Part shown: positions 48,086-59,028 of the stretch, one piece after another
Position numbering within the stretch: the first letter of the stretch is position 1
Layout: every line of letters begins with the position of its first letter
From: an uncultured Verrucomicrobiae bacterium
GTDB lineage: Bacteria; Verrucomicrobiota; Verrucomicrobiia; Chthoniobacterales; Chthoniobacteraceae
Direction: 5' to 3'
DNA: 64,000 nt
Assembly: GCA_963836755.1 (NCBI GenBank)
Contig: CAWIKF010000002.1
Location: 896,001 to 960,000 of the forward strand
The notes under the pieces: model-generated
Database searches by the model: none
Seen by the model: only the letters and a program-made list of their open reading frames with translations
Told to the model about the DNA's origin: nothing
Program-made: the position numbers and the translations under genes

Positions 48086-49986
48086 TTTTCCAGCCCCAAT
48101 TCCTGTCGGCCGACACGTTCGATGGAAGTGCTGCTGAGGCGATTTCCTTTTTCATACGCGGCGTTCGCATCCGCGGTGCGCCCCATCGCGGCGAGGTGGC
48201 TGCCGTAATAACCGTAAAGCACGCCAAGGTTCGGATCAGCCTTCAGTGCCGCGTCATAGAGATCTTCGGCCTCGGAAAATTCTCGCAGCCCGTCGAGAGA
48301 TTGCGCGCAGCGGATGAGCAAGTTTTCGTCGTCGGGAAAAAGTTTCAGTCCTTTCTGATACGCGTCGACCGCATCTTCATAATACGAATCGCGAATTGCG
48401 CGTCCAACGGTGGAAAGCGCCAGCGCGCGGTTCGCCTCGCCGACGTAGAAATAAAGGAACGGATTCAACCTGCTGCCTCCGCTCCATTCGACGAGTCGCT
48501 CCATGAGCCCCGGATTGTCGGGAATCTCACCGAGCGCGATGTGAGCATCATCCATTGAACCAAAGTCATTGCCGTCGCGCAATTCCACTCTCGCTTTCTC
48601 CGTGAAATATTCCGCAGGAATTTTCGGCAGTGCCGCCACGCCAATCCAGAGCCCGAGCAGCGGCAGCGCAAAACGAAACAGCGGCGCAATGCGCGCCGGC
48701 GAATCATCTTCCCGTCCAAAACCGGGATTCGCGATGATTCCGAAAACGAATGCGTAAAAAAGCGCGTTTCCCGGAATGTGCATGTTGAAATCCACTACCG
48801 AATGCACCGCGAGCGCCACGACTGCGGAGAGTGAGCCGACGACCAGCGCGAAACTATCGCTCAACGGATAGTAAGACGGAAGCAAACGCTTGCGTATCAA
48901 AAGTAAGTAAGCGCGCCAGCCGTTGCGCACGTGCATCACGAGGAAAAAAATCATGGCCGTGGCGCCAATGAGCCCGTATTCCGCGAGCAGCTCGAGATAG
49001 TCGCTATGCGCATGCACCGGATCCGTTTGAATCTGCATTCGCCGGAACAGCCGCCCATAAATCAAATGCGTGCCCGAACCCGTGCCGACGAGCGGCGACA
49101 TGCGAAACTGATCCCACGCCGCCTGCCAGTTATAAAGCCGCACATCGTGCGCGACCATCGTCCGCATCCGCTCCGAGAGCAGCGAGCTATGAAACATGAG
49201 AAACGCGGCCATCCCAATCAGCAAGACGAGCGCCACCAGGAGCGAAATCCCGATCAGCCAAAACCGCGGCCGACTTAAAACCCGCACCGCGTAAAGGCTC
49301 AGCGCCGAAAACGCCAGCAGCGAAAAAATCGTGCTGAAATAACTTCCGCGACTTCCGCTAATCGCCACACCCAGCCAGCAAAAAATCGCGACATATCCCG
49401 CGAAAATTTTCGCCCAGAGACGCCATTTGGACCAAACAGTCAGGCTCAGCGCAAAGATGCCAATCGCCTCAATGAAGCCGCCAAAATGATTTGGGCTGAC
49501 GAACATTCCGCTGGCACGCCGCCCATTTTCGGCGCGGATCAAACCGAACAGCATGAAATTATTTCCGTGCGTGAACTGCACCGCGCCGACCCACACCTCC
49601 GCGATCGCCAGCGCGAAAAGCACCGCCAGCAAAATCATCCGATCTGTCGCCCGCGTCACATAAAAAGCGGTCAGCCCGTAAACCATCAGGCACCCGCCCA
49701 TCCGAAAAAAATCGGGCAACGCCAGCTCATGCACCGGAGAAAAAGCGCTCCGCACAAAAACCACCGCACCGAGCAGCGCCGCGCCGCCGAGGCAGAAAGC
49801 ACATGGCGCGACTTTTTTGCGCCGCAGGGAAAAAACCGTCAGCGCCGACGCCAGCGCCAGCAGTCCGTAGCACGGCAGGCTGAAAATCAAAAGCGTGCCG
49901 CCCATCATGCACTGAATCGCCACGAACGTGAGCGCGAGAAGGAAAAGGTAAATGGAATTCACAAACCGAGCGGAGGCCGCCGTCAA
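48082..49986 (-). CDS. O-antigen ligase (Wzy_C) family membrane protein with C-terminal TPR
   Basis: Many TMs; RASGMF..PNH, SGSRG, GTGSGT, HAHSDYL, HSVVDFN; start uncertain. Confidence 0.82.
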   Translation of the reverse strand: MTAASARFVNSIYLFLLALTFVAIQCMMGGTLLIFSLPCYGLLALASALTVFSLRRKKVAPCAFCLGGAALLGAVVFVRSAFSPVHELALPDFFRMGGCLMVYGLTAFYVTRATDRMILLAVLFALAIAEVWVGAVQFTHGNNFMLFGLIRAENGRRASGMFVSPNHFGGFIEAIGIFALSLTVWSKWRLWAKIFAGYVAIFCWLGVAISGSRGSYFSTIFSLLAFSALSLYAVRVLSRPRFWLIGISLLVALVLLIGMAAFLMFHSSLLSERMRTMVAHDVRLYNWQAAWDQFRMSPLVGTGSGTHLIYGRLFRRMQIQTDPVHAHSDYLELLAEYGLIGATAMIFFLVMHVRNGWRAYLLLIRKRLLPSYYPLSDSFALVVGSLSAVVALAVHSVVDFNMHIPGNALFYAFVFGIIANPGFGREDDSPARIAPLFRFALPLLGLWIGVAALPKIPAEYFTEKARVELRDGNDFGSMDDAHIALGEIPDNPGLMERLVEWSGGSRLNPFLYFYVGEANRALALSTVGRAIRDSYYEDAVDAYQKGLKLFPDDENLLIRCAQSLDGLREFSEAEDLYDAALKADPNLGVLYGYYGSHLAAMGRTADANAAYEKGNRLSSTSIERVGRQELGLEK

Positions 49987-50107
49987 AAAAAAACAGCTTT
50001 GGAACGAAATGCAAGATTGCCGAAAAAGTTTTGCGAGCGTCGTTCGACTTTTCTATCCGTTAAACAAAAGCCGGTGCGAACTTTGACGCGCAGCGATGCC
50101 GGTTTTT

Positions 50108-51154
50108 TTAAAAAACTTTGCCAAACAAATCCGACCGCGGTTCGCAGCCAATGCCGGTGAAATGCGGCGGCTGCAAAATCCCCGAATCAAACTTCCAGCC
50201 GCGAAACGGGTCGTCCGTGATGAGCCACGCGCCATCGAGATCGGCATAATCCGTTTGCTGCGCGACCACTGCGCCGGCCGAAATGAGCACGCTGCTTTCG
50301 AGCATGCAGCCGACCATCGTGCGCAATCCCAGCGCTCGGCCGCGTCGCAGCATCGCCAGCGCGGGCGTGATGCCGCCGCATTTCACGAGCTTGATATTGA
50401 AGCCGGAAAACTTTGATGGCATTCGTTCGACGTCGTCCATCGTGACGCAACTTTCGTCCGCGATCACCGGCAATGCTGATGCCGGCAGCGCTTGCGGCAT
50501 TTGTGCATCTTCGCCCGGCGGCAGCGGCTGCTCGATGAATTCGACATCGAGTGCGGCGAGTTCGTGTGAAAGTTCTTCGATATTCAGTCCGCTCCAGTCG
50601 CAATTCGCATCGACCGCGATGCGCGCGGAAGTTCGCTCGCGCACAAAGCGGACGGCATCAAGGTCAGCACTGTGATCCATTTTGATTTTGATGAATGGAA
50701 ACCCCGAAAGCTCCGCGATTTTCGCCATGAGCTCTTCGCGCGTGGAAAGTCCAATCGTGCAAAAAGTCGAAACGGCGCGTGGCTTTTCTCCCCATGCGAG
50801 TTCGCTCGCGGTTTTGTTTTTTTGCGTCGCCACCAAATCCCACAGCGCCACGTCGAGCGCGCATTGCGCCGCACGCGACGGTTTCAGCAGCGGCCACGCC
50901 TCATGCCAAATTTGCTCGATGTCCGCGACGCTTCCCGCTGCGCGGCCGCGAAGCCACTCGCCGACGCGCTGCAGTTTCGAGTTCACGTCCGCGGCTGTCT
51001 CCGCGTAAAAAATGTTCGGCGACGCCTCACCATGACCGACGATTCCATCCAGCTCCACGCGCACAAACACGTTGCGCACCTGCGCTCGCTCGCCGCGGCT
51101 GATGCGAAAAACTGCGCGCGGATGCAATTCGCAAATGGTTGTCGCAAGTTTCAC
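50108..51154 (-). CDS. L-Ala-D/L-Glu dipeptide epimerase (enolase superfamily)
   Basis: FRISRG, IKIK, VDAN, IEQP, ADES, NIKLVKCGG, GCM.ES, ADLDG; GTG start inferred. Confidence 0.85.
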   Translation of the reverse strand: MKLATTICELHPRAVFRISRGERAQVRNVFVRVELDGIVGHGEASPNIFYAETAADVNSKLQRVGEWLRGRAAGSVADIEQIWHEAWPLLKPSRAAQCALDVALWDLVATQKNKTASELAWGEKPRAVSTFCTIGLSTREELMAKIAELSGFPFIKIKMDHSADLDAVRFVRERTSARIAVDANCDWSGLNIEELSHELAALDVEFIEQPLPPGEDAQMPQALPASALPVIADESCVTMDDVERMPSKFSGFNIKLVKCGGITPALAMLRRGRALGLRTMVGCMLESSVLISAGAVVAQQTDYADLDGAWLITDDPFRGWKFDSGILQPPHFTGIGCEPRSDLFGKVF

Positions 51155-51172
51155 GTTCGTTAACTTAAAGTT

Positions 51173-51976
51173 TTGTCCGCACTTTTTCAAAGCAGCATCG
51201 GCCAGAGCGTCGCAGGACGCGAGATCATCGCGCACATGAATTTTGCGCCGGATTTAATGCCGAAAAAAATCACGCTGATGATCGGAGGAATGCACGGCGA
51301 TGAGACGGCGGCGGTGCGGCTGATCGAGTCGTTTGTAGAAAAAGTTCTCGGCGAAATCGATGAACCGGCCGTTGCGCTGCCGGTCGCAAACCCTGATGGA
51401 TACAAGCGCCAGGTGCGTTACAACGCGCACAACGTCGACCTCAATCGCAACTTCATCTGGAACTGGCAGGCGCAGAGCGAAGAGCCGTCGGGGCCGGAGC
51501 CGTGGTCGGAACCGGAGAGCCGGGCGCTGCGCGATTTCATTTTGAAAATGCAGCCGGCAAAAATTGTGAGCCTGCATTGGGCGCTCGCGGAAATTGACGC
51601 CGACGGCCCGCAATCGACCGCGCTCGCGCAGCACATCTGGCATGCGCTGGATGAGGCCGAGCGCAGGCCGTATCGGCTCCGCGTGTCGGAGGTTGGCCGC
51701 GGTCGGCGTCGGCTCGAACGAACGTATGATTTTTGTCCCGGTTCGCTTGGGCAATGGTGCGGTTACGGTTTGAAATATGCGAGCGGCGCGCGGCCCGCGA
51801 TGATCACGCTGGAATTGCCTTTCGATCACGCGGCCGAATCGCGACCGATGCCTTTGCCGCCAACCCACCTCGCGGATTTGCACGAGCGCTGGCACGCGGA
51901 TCCAACTGCCTACATGGCTGGCGTGGAGATCGGCGTGCACAAAATGCTGCGCGCCGCGGTGGAGTTTCGCGGCTAA
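51173..51976 (+). CDS. M14 zinc carboxypeptidase, murein-peptide amidase MpaA-like
   Basis: HGDE, NPDG, VDLNRNF, SEPES, SLH, TLELP; start uncertain. Confidence 0.8.
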   Translation: MSALFQSSIGQSVAGREIIAHMNFAPDLMPKKITLMIGGMHGDETAAVRLIESFVEKVLGEIDEPAVALPVANPDGYKRQVRYNAHNVDLNRNFIWNWQAQSEEPSGPEPWSEPESRALRDFILKMQPAKIVSLHWALAEIDADGPQSTALAQHIWHALDEAERRPYRLRVSEVGRGRRRLERTYDFCPGSLGQWCGYGLKYASGARPAMITLELPFDHAAESRPMPLPPTHLADLHERWHADPTAYMAGVEIGVHKMLRAAVEFRG

Positions 51977-52023
51977 GTGCTGGACACCTTTGCGGACCGC
52001 GCATGATATTGCGCCTCCGCGAA

Positions 52024-53325
52024 ATGCAGCAGCAAGTTCACATCGGCCTCGCAGGCATGGGAAACGTCGGCGCCGGCGTGTATAAACACCTGGTGAATAA
52101 CCGTGTGCTTCTCATGGAGCGCCTCGGTCTGGAATTGGTCGTCAAAAAGATCGTCGTCCGCGATCCTGCGCGCGCGCGCACGGTCGCCGCGCCCGCCTCG
52201 CTTTTCACGACGCGTTGGGAGGATTTGATCCACGATCCCGAAATCAAAATCATTGCCGAGCTCATCGGCGGTGTGCAACCGGCTCTGCAGCTGGTTTTGC
52301 GGGCGATCGAACACGGGAAGATCGTCGTGACTGGAAACAAAGCTTTGCTCGCGGAGCACGGCCGGGAAATTTTTGACGCGGCTCGTGCGCATAAAATTCC
52401 CGTTTTTTTCGAAGCTGCCGCGGCGGGCGGCGTGCCGATCATCAAGGCGGTGCGCGAAGCCTTTATCGGCAACCACATTTTGTCGATGCACGGCATCGTC
52501 AACGGCACGTGCAATTACATCCTCACGCGCATGACGGAATCGTGCATGAGCTTTGAAGACGCGCTTCAGGAGGCGCAGGAAGCCGGCTTTGCGGAGGCCG
52601 ATCCGGCGCTCGATATCAACGGCTGGGATGCCGCGCATAAGGCGATCATTCTCGCGTCGCTCGCGTATGGGTTTTGGGTCGGCACCGACAAAGTTTTCGT
52701 CGAGGGAATTGAAAAAATCACGCCGGCCGATATCCGATTTGCACGGCAGCTCGGCTATTGCATCAAGCTGCTCGCGATCATCAAGGCGGGCAAACGGAGC
52801 GAGATCGAAGTGCGCGTGCATCCAACTTTGATTCCACAAACGCATGTGCTGGCGTCAGTTAACGGAGTGTTCAATGCGATCGCGGTTCAAGGCGACGTCG
52901 TTGGTGAGACTTTGTTTTACGGGCGCGGCGCCGGCCAGGATCCGACGGCGAGCGCGGTGATCAGCGATCTCGCGGAAGCAGCGGTCGCGCTGGAATCGCC
53001 GCGGCCGAGCTACGGTTTCACGCCGCACAGACTTTACGGAACTTGCAAGCCGATCGACCAGATCGTGTCGCAATATTACCTGCGCATTTCCGTCGCGGAC
53101 CAGCCGGGCGTGCTCGCGCAAGTGGCGGGGATTCTCGGTGAATTGGTCATCGGAATCTCGTCGGTGATCCAACCGGAGGAACATGAGTCCGACGCCGTGC
53201 CGCTCGTGCTGATCATTCACGACGCGACCAATGCGCAGATGAATCTGGCGGTCGAGCGAATCAGCCGGCTGGAATGCGTAAAGCGGCCGCCGCGGCTGAT
53301 TCGCGTGGAATCTTTTTCCCCATGA
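52024..53325 (+). CDS. hom: Homoserine dehydrogenase with ACT domain
   Basis: GMGNVG, NKA, GIVNGTCNYIL, AEADP..D..G.DAAHK, GRGAG..PTASAV. Confidence 0.93.
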   Translation: MQQQVHIGLAGMGNVGAGVYKHLVNNRVLLMERLGLELVVKKIVVRDPARARTVAAPASLFTTRWEDLIHDPEIKIIAELIGGVQPALQLVLRAIEHGKIVVTGNKALLAEHGREIFDAARAHKIPVFFEAAAAGGVPIIKAVREAFIGNHILSMHGIVNGTCNYILTRMTESCMSFEDALQEAQEAGFAEADPALDINGWDAAHKAIILASLAYGFWVGTDKVFVEGIEKITPADIRFARQLGYCIKLLAIIKAGKRSEIEVRVHPTLIPQTHVLASVNGVFNAIAVQGDVVGETLFYGRGAGQDPTASAVISDLAEAAVALESPRPSYGFTPHRLYGTCKPIDQIVSQYYLRISVADQPGVLAQVAGILGELVIGISSVIQPEEHESDAVPLVLIIHDATNAQMNLAVERISRLECVKRPPRLIRVESFSP

Positions 53326-54404
53326 AAAACCTGCACGACCACGGAATCATCGCTCGTTACCGGCAATATCTGCCCGTTAACGATGCGACGCCTGTTGTTT
53401 CTCTTAACGAAGGTTCAACACCGCTCATTTTTTCTGAGCGCCTCAGCGAAAAAGTCGGCCGCGGCTGCGAAGTTTACATCAAATACGAGGGCCTGAATCC
53501 GACCGGATCATTCAAGGATCGCGGGATGACGATGGCGATTTCGAAGGCGGTGGAAAATGGCGCGAAGGCTGTAATTTGCGCGTCCACCGGAAACACATCG
53601 GCGGCCGCGGGAGCTTATGCAGCGCGGGCTGGCATCGAATGCATCGTTTTGCTGCCGGCGGGAAAAATCGCGATGGGCAAGCTCGTGCAAGCCTTCATGT
53701 ATGGCGCGAAAGTTATCGCGATCGATGGGAATTTCGACCGAGCGCTCGACCTCGTTCGCGACATTGGCGCGACCGAGCCGGTGTCGATTGTGAATTCAAT
53801 CAATCCTTTCCGGCTGCACGGTCAGAAGACGGCTGCGTTTGAGATCATCGAGGAGTTGGGCGACGCGCCCGACCTGCATTTGTTGCCGGTAGGAAATGCC
53901 GGGAACATCAGCGCGTATTGGATGGGCTATCGAGAATTTCACGAAGCGAAAAAATCGACGAAGCTGCCGCAGATGATCGGTTTTCAAGCGGCGGGTGCGG
54001 CGCCGATTTTTCATGGGGAACCGGTGGCCGCGCCGGAGACGGTGGCGAGCGCGATCCGCATCGGGAATCCCGCGAGCTGGCATCTTGCGGCGGAAGCGGT
54101 TCGTATTTCGCGCGGTGCGATCGATATCGTCACCGACCTGGATATTCTCGACGCGCAAAGATGGCTGGCTAGCAACGAAGGGATCTTCGTCGAGCCAGCC
54201 AGCGCCGCATCAATTGCGGGGCTTTTGAAATGCGCAGCTCACACGGACGCCGCGTTTTCTTTCGCGCAGATCGCAGAAAATTCACGCATCGTTTGCACCG
54301 TCACTGGTCACGGACTGAAAGATCCGGACATCGCGCGGGAGCAATGTGGGTCGATCATTCCGGCCAAGGCCGAGAAGAGCGAGATCTTGAAATTGATCGG
54401 CTGA
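53322..54404 (+). CDS. thrC: Threonine synthase
   Basis: NPTGSFKDRG, CASTGNTS, PVGNAGN, EPASAA, TGHGLKD. Confidence 0.93.
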   Translation: MKNLHDHGIIARYRQYLPVNDATPVVSLNEGSTPLIFSERLSEKVGRGCEVYIKYEGLNPTGSFKDRGMTMAISKAVENGAKAVICASTGNTSAAAGAYAARAGIECIVLLPAGKIAMGKLVQAFMYGAKVIAIDGNFDRALDLVRDIGATEPVSIVNSINPFRLHGQKTAAFEIIEELGDAPDLHLLPVGNAGNISAYWMGYREFHEAKKSTKLPQMIGFQAAGAAPIFHGEPVAAPETVASAIRIGNPASWHLAAEAVRISRGAIDIVTDLDILDAQRWLASNEGIFVEPASAASIAGLLKCAAHTDAAFSFAQIAENSRIVCTVTGHGLKDPDIAREQCGSIIPAKAEKSEILKLIG

Positions 54405-54412
54405 TTTTCGCG

Positions 54413-55024
54413 TTAAAATTCGCCGGCAAAAGTGGCGAGCGCGACAGTGATTTTTTTCAATCCCAGTTCGAGGCGCGTTTTGATCGTGCCCAGCGGAATG
54501 CCGGTGTGCGCGGCGATTTCGCGCTGGCTCATGCCTTTATAATAAGCGAGCTGGATCGCCTCGCGTTGGGCGGCCGGCAGGCTCTGCAAAACGCGCCCGA
54601 GCATTTCACGGACGTCGGAGAGGTAAATGTCCTCTTCCTGATCCACGGTGTAAGCCTCGGGCTGTTGCTCGACCTCGAGCTTGAGCCGATCTTCTGCGCG
54701 GCAATAGGCTTGGCGCTTGCGGAGACGGTCGATCGAGCGGCGCCGCGCGAGCGTCACCATCCAGCCGAGCGGCTTTCCTTTTTCCGGCGCGTAAGATGCA
54801 GCGCGGGACCAGATTTCCATGAAAATTTCCTGCAAAAGGTCGTCGGCCTCCGAATCGTTGTTCACCACTTTGAGGGCAACCGATTTGATGATCGGAGCGT
54901 GACGGTCGAAAAGATTTTCGAGCGCGTCAGCATCCCCTTTCTGCACACCCGCCATAAGTTGCTCGTCGGTGACGTCGAGCAGCGAGGCTTCTTCGATCGG
55001 CATATTGGCTTCGAGATTGATCAT
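54413..55024 (-). CDS. ECF sigma-70 factor (SigK-like)
   Basis: DDLLQEIF..IW, RSIDRLR, AYYKGMSQREIA..PLGTIKTR. Confidence 0.9.
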   Translation of the reverse strand: MINLEANMPIEEASLLDVTDEQLMAGVQKGDADALENLFDRHAPIIKSVALKVVNNDSEADDLLQEIFMEIWSRAASYAPEKGKPLGWMVTLARRRSIDRLRKRQAYCRAEDRLKLEVEQQPEAYTVDQEEDIYLSDVREMLGRVLQSLPAAQREAIQLAYYKGMSQREIAAHTGIPLGTIKTRLELGLKKITVALATFAGEF

Positions 55025-55128
55025 AGGATGTTAAGAGTTGGATTCTTCTTTGACTGCCCACAGGACTCCGCTCGCGAGCGCGGCGAAGATTAACGTGAAG
55101 GTTGATAGAGTTAGCATGCCGGAGCTTT

Positions 55129-55144
55129 AGCAACGGGCATACCA
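55129..55144 (-). promoter_or_regulatory. Putative sigma54 (-24/-12) promoter of the ECF sigma gene
   Basis: Minus strand TGGTAT-GCCCG-TTGCT with exact GG-N10-GC spacing. Confidence 0.55.
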
Positions 55145-55290
55145 AGCGGCTTCTACGCAGGGAGCTGTCGAAAAATTTGAAAAGCGCGCGTCACGATTTT
55201 TGACACCTCTGTAAAAAAACTGGTCGAAAAAATGCAAGCATTCGCCGCCAGAACGACCACCCGCGCGCCGTCGCACGATGGACCTTTTGT

Positions 55291-55653
55291 ATGAACGAAC
55301 CTGACTACCGAACACCACCCGCAGATTTTCCCTCCCGCACCGGCGACACTTGGGAGGAAACGAAAGATCGCACCGCCCAGACTCTGCGCGAAGGCGAAGT
55401 CATCGTGCGCGAGAATTTGCTTTCGGCGCTTGTCGGCGTGTTTGCGTTCGGATTCTTGCTCGGCTTTCTCGCGCATCGTCCGCGGCCGAGTTTTCAAGAG
55501 AGGTATTTAAATGCCCCGCTCGAGGATCTCGGGGAAACTCTGCGCGCACTTGCGGACAAGACGGCAGACAAGGCTGACAAAGGCGCGGGAGTCGCCGCTG
55601 ACCTGATTCACGCGTTGGCTGACAAGCTCGAAAACGCGTTCAAACAGCGGTAG
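55291..55653 (+). CDS. Small hypothetical membrane protein, ElaB/YqjD (DUF883)-like segment
   Basis: VRENLLSALVGVFAFGFLLGFL hydrophobic motif flanked by helical segments. Confidence 0.55.
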   Translation: MNEPDYRTPPADFPSRTGDTWEETKDRTAQTLREGEVIVRENLLSALVGVFAFGFLLGFLAHRPRPSFQERYLNAPLEDLGETLRALADKTADKADKGAGVAADLIHALADKLENAFKQR

Positions 55654-55697
55654 TTTCGGCAGCGGTTTCGTAAGCCGAAAATTTTTCGAAAGTTTTC

Positions 55698-55807
55698 TTG
55701 CCGGGCGCGGTTTGGCCCGCTACTCTCACCATCCCGCGCGATGTGGTAGAACCGAATTCGCGCGCCAGTTAAAAAATACTTGCGCGGCCGTTGGATTCGT
55801 CTAGCTT
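55698..55807 (+). promoter_or_regulatory. Tandem sigma70-type promoters of the rpsL operon
   Basis: TTGCCG-17-TACTCT (55698-726) and TTGCGC-16-TAGCTT (55780-807). Confidence 0.5.
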
Positions 55808-55924
55808 CGCGCTCCCCGCAACCAGTGGGTTACGAAAAGTGCCCGCTCGAAGCGGGTTTTTCGTCCCGTGAAAGTCCGGGGCGCGTGGCTGAAAGAGCCT
55901 AAACTTTTGTTGAACATAATTTAA

Positions 55925-56341
55925 ATGCCCACAATCAACCAGCTTGTCCGCAAAGGACGGAAAAAGGTGACGGTGAAATCGAAATCACCGGCGCTCAATA
56001 ATTGTCCGCAGCGCCGCGGCGTTTGCGTGCAAGTCATGACGCGCACGCCGAAGAAGCCGAATTCCGCGTTGCGCAAAGTGGCAAAAGTCCGTCTCACGAA
56101 CGGCCAGGAAGTGATCGCCTACATTCCCGGCGAGGGACACAATTTGCAGGAGCACTCGATCGTGCTCGTGCGCGGCGGACGCGTGAAGGATTTGCCTGGC
56201 GTGCGCTACCATATCGTCCGCGGCACGCTCGATTCGCTCGGGGTTGATGGCCGCCGCCGCAGCCGCTCGAAATACGGCGCCAAAAAGCCGAAGGCCGGGG
56301 CCGAGGCGGATGCCAAAGGCACGAAGGGGAAGAAAAAGTAA
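55925..56341 (+). CDS. rpsL: 30S ribosomal protein S12
   Basis: [23 protein letters not shown]. Confidence 0.98.
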   Translation: MPTINQLVRKGRKKVTVKSKSPALNNCPQRRGVCVQVMTRTPKKPNSALRKVAKVRLTNGQEVIAYIPGEGHNLQEHSIVLVRGGRVKDLPGVRYHIVRGTLDSLGVDGRRRSRSKYGAKKPKAGAEADAKGTKGKKK

Positions 56342-56353
56342 CCTGATTTAGCC

Positions 56354-56827
56354 ATGTCACGTCGCCGCAAAACCATCAAGCGCAGGGAAAATATTGACGC
56401 TCGCTACGGCAGTTCTGTCGTCGCGCAGCTTATCAGCACGATCATGAGCGATGGCAAAAAATCGCTCGCTGAGCGCATTGTCTATACTGCCATCGAGAAA
56501 ACGCGCGAAGGCAGCGATGTCGTCGATCCGCTGGAAACGCTTCATAAAGCTTTGGACAACGTTAAGCCGCGTCTCGAGACAAAGTCGCGCCGAGTCGGCG
56601 GTGCAACTTATCAAGTGCCGATGGAAGTTCCGGCGCGCCGCCAGGTCGCGCTCGCGATGCGCTGGATCGTCGGTTTTGCGCAAAAGCGCAAGAATACGGC
56701 CATGCAGGACGCGCTGGCGAATGAACTCAAGGAAGCCGCGGCGGGGCAGGGCAATGCCATTAAAAAACGCGACGACACTCACAAAATGGCGCAGGCGAAT
56801 CGAGCCTTCGCGCATTTCCGCTTCTAA
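56354..56827 (+). CDS. rpsG: 30S ribosomal protein S7
   Basis: [24 protein letters not shown]. Confidence 0.97.
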   Translation: MSRRRKTIKRRENIDARYGSSVVAQLISTIMSDGKKSLAERIVYTAIEKTREGSDVVDPLETLHKALDNVKPRLETKSRRVGGATYQVPMEVPARRQVALAMRWIVGFAQKRKNTAMQDALANELKEAAAGQGNAIKKRDDTHKMAQANRAFAHFRF

Positions 56828-56832
56828 CTTTT

Positions 56833-59010
56833 ATGGCGAACGCGACTTTAGACAAACCTGCCGTGTCCACGAATCCGAATTCGCCAAACCGCGCGTATCC
56901 GCTGGAGCGCACGCGTAACATCGGCATCGCAGCGCACATCGACGCGGGCAAGACGACGTTGACCGAGCGCATTCTTTTTTACACCGGCATGATTCACAAA
57001 ATCGGCGAGGTGCACGAAGGCACGACGGTCACCGATTGGATGGAGCAGGAGCGCGAACGCGGCATCACGATCACCTCGGCTGCGACCACTTGCGCGTGGA
57101 TGCAGAAAAAGGAAGAGGGCGTTTACAAAGTTTTTGACGGCATCAAAATGCGCGTGAACATCATCGACACGCCGGGCCACGTCGATTTTACGGCGGAGGT
57201 CGAGCGTTCACTGCGCGTGCTCGACGGTGCCATCGCGGTTTTTGATGCAGTCGCTGGCGTGCAGCCGCAATCGGAGACGGTCTGGCGGCAGGCAAACAAA
57301 TACGGCGTCCCGCGCGTCGCCTTTATCAATAAGATGGATCGCGTTGGCGCTGATTTCGCAGCGGCCATCGATTCGATGCGCAAAAAGCTCAATGCGAATG
57401 CCTGGCCTGTTTTGATTCCGCTCGGTGCTGAAGACAATCTTCGCGGGCAGCTGGACGTCATTAATAAAAAGGCGATCATTTATTCCGACAACGACGTAAT
57501 GGGCTCGACTTACACGGTCGAAGAGATTCCGGCCGAGCACAAAGCGATGGTCGATGGAGCTTACGAAGATCTCGTCAGCGCGATCAGCGATCTCGACGAC
57601 GAAGTCGGCACCGCTTTTCTCGAGGAAAAACCGATCACGCGCGAGTTGCTCAAGGCTGGTATTCGGCGTCAAACTACCGCGAACCGATTCGTCCCAGTGA
57701 TCGGCGGATCTGCTTTTAAAAACAAAGGCGTTCAATACCTCGTCGACGCCGTCATCGATTATCTGCCGAGCCCGATCGACATTCTGCCGACGAAGGGGAT
57801 GGAGCCGGACACGCGCGAGCCGATGGAGGCGCGGACTGATGACAACGGGAAATTTTGTTCGCTCGCGTTCAAACTTTGGAGCGATCCGTTTGTCGGCAAG
57901 CTCGTATTTTTCCGTGTCTATTCCGGCACGTTGTCAAAGGGGGACACGGTTTACAATCCGCGCACGAACAAGCGCGAGCGCATCTCGCGGTTGATCCAAA
58001 TCCAAGCCGACAAGCGCGAAGACATCGACACGTGTTACTCCGGCGACATCGCGGCGATCGTCGGCATCAAAAATATCACTACTGGCGACACGCTCTGCGA
58101 CGAAGATTTCCCCATCCTACTCGAGCCGCCGTCATTTCCCGATCCGGTTATTTCCATGGCGATCGAGCCGAAGACAAAGCTTGACCAGGAAAAAATGTCG
58201 ATCGCGTTGCAGCGGCTCGCGGAAGAAGATCCGACGTTCCGCGTTTTCACGAATGAAGACACGGGCCAGACGATCATCGCCGGCATGGGCGAATTACATT
58301 TGGAAATCATCCGCGACCGGATGTTCCGTGAATTTAAAGTTGAGGCAAACGCGGGCAAACCGCAGATCGCGTATCGCGAAACGATCACCGCTCCGGCGAT
58401 GGGCGAAGGCAAGCTGATCAAGCAATCCGGCGGTCGCGGTCAATATGGCCACGTCATCGTCAACGTCCGCCCGGCGGAGCGCGGCAAAGGTTTAACGATC
58501 GAAAACAAAGTTGTCGGCGGCAATATTCCGAAAGAATACATCGCGCCTTGTAAAAAAGGCATCGAGGAAGCTGTGCTCAACGGCGTCGTCGGCGGCTATC
58601 CCGTCATCGATCTCGAAGTCGACATCATCGACGGCAGCTATCACGACGTCGATTCGAACGAGCTCGCATTCAAACTCGCGGCGATTTTTGCGATGAAGGA
58701 TGGCTTTAAAAAAGCGAAGCCGATCTTGCTCGAGCCGATCATGAAGGTCGAGAACATCACGCCGGACGAGTATCAAGGCGACATCATGGGCGATCTCAAT
58801 CGTCGCCGTGGCCGCATCATGAGCCTCGAAACCAAGGGTGGATTGACGACCGTGCAAGCCGAAGTTCCGCTTGCGGAAATGTTTGGTTACTCGACCGCGA
58901 TCCGCTCGCTGTCGAAAGGGCGCTCGTCGTATTCGATGGAGCCGTCGCACTTCGAGCAAGTCCCGGCGCAAGTGCTGGCCGCAGTGCTCGACCAAAAAGG
59001 CAAAGAGTAA
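56833..59010 (+). CDS. fusA: Elongation factor G
   Basis: [40 protein letters not shown]. Confidence 0.98.
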   Translation: MANATLDKPAVSTNPNSPNRAYPLERTRNIGIAAHIDAGKTTLTERILFYTGMIHKIGEVHEGTTVTDWMEQERERGITITSAATTCAWMQKKEEGVYKVFDGIKMRVNIIDTPGHVDFTAEVERSLRVLDGAIAVFDAVAGVQPQSETVWRQANKYGVPRVAFINKMDRVGADFAAAIDSMRKKLNANAWPVLIPLGAEDNLRGQLDVINKKAIIYSDNDVMGSTYTVEEIPAEHKAMVDGAYEDLVSAISDLDDEVGTAFLEEKPITRELLKAGIRRQTTANRFVPVIGGSAFKNKGVQYLVDAVIDYLPSPIDILPTKGMEPDTREPMEARTDDNGKFCSLAFKLWSDPFVGKLVFFRVYSGTLSKGDTVYNPRTNKRERISRLIQIQADKREDIDTCYSGDIAAIVGIKNITTGDTLCDEDFPILLEPPSFPDPVISMAIEPKTKLDQEKMSIALQRLAEEDPTFRVFTNEDTGQTIIAGMGELHLEIIRDRMFREFKVEANAGKPQIAYRETITAPAMGEGKLIKQSGGRGQYGHVIVNVRPAERGKGLTIENKVVGGNIPKEYIAPCKKGIEEAVLNGVVGGYPVIDLEVDIIDGSYHDVDSNELAFKLAAIFAMKDGFKKAKPILLEPIMKVENITPDEYQGDIMGDLNRRRGRIMSLETKGGLTTVQAEVPLAEMFGYSTAIRSLSKGRSSYSMEPSHFEQVPAQVLAAVLDQKGKE

Positions 59011-59028
59011 TTTTACGCACGAATTTTT

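Noticed and set aside
52024..54404. hom-thrC without thrB
   Set aside because: Common arrangement; the kinase may be elsewhere
59011..59028. tuf missing between fusA and rpsJ
   Set aside because: Real, but fusA-rpsJ adjacency is known in several phyla, so not novel
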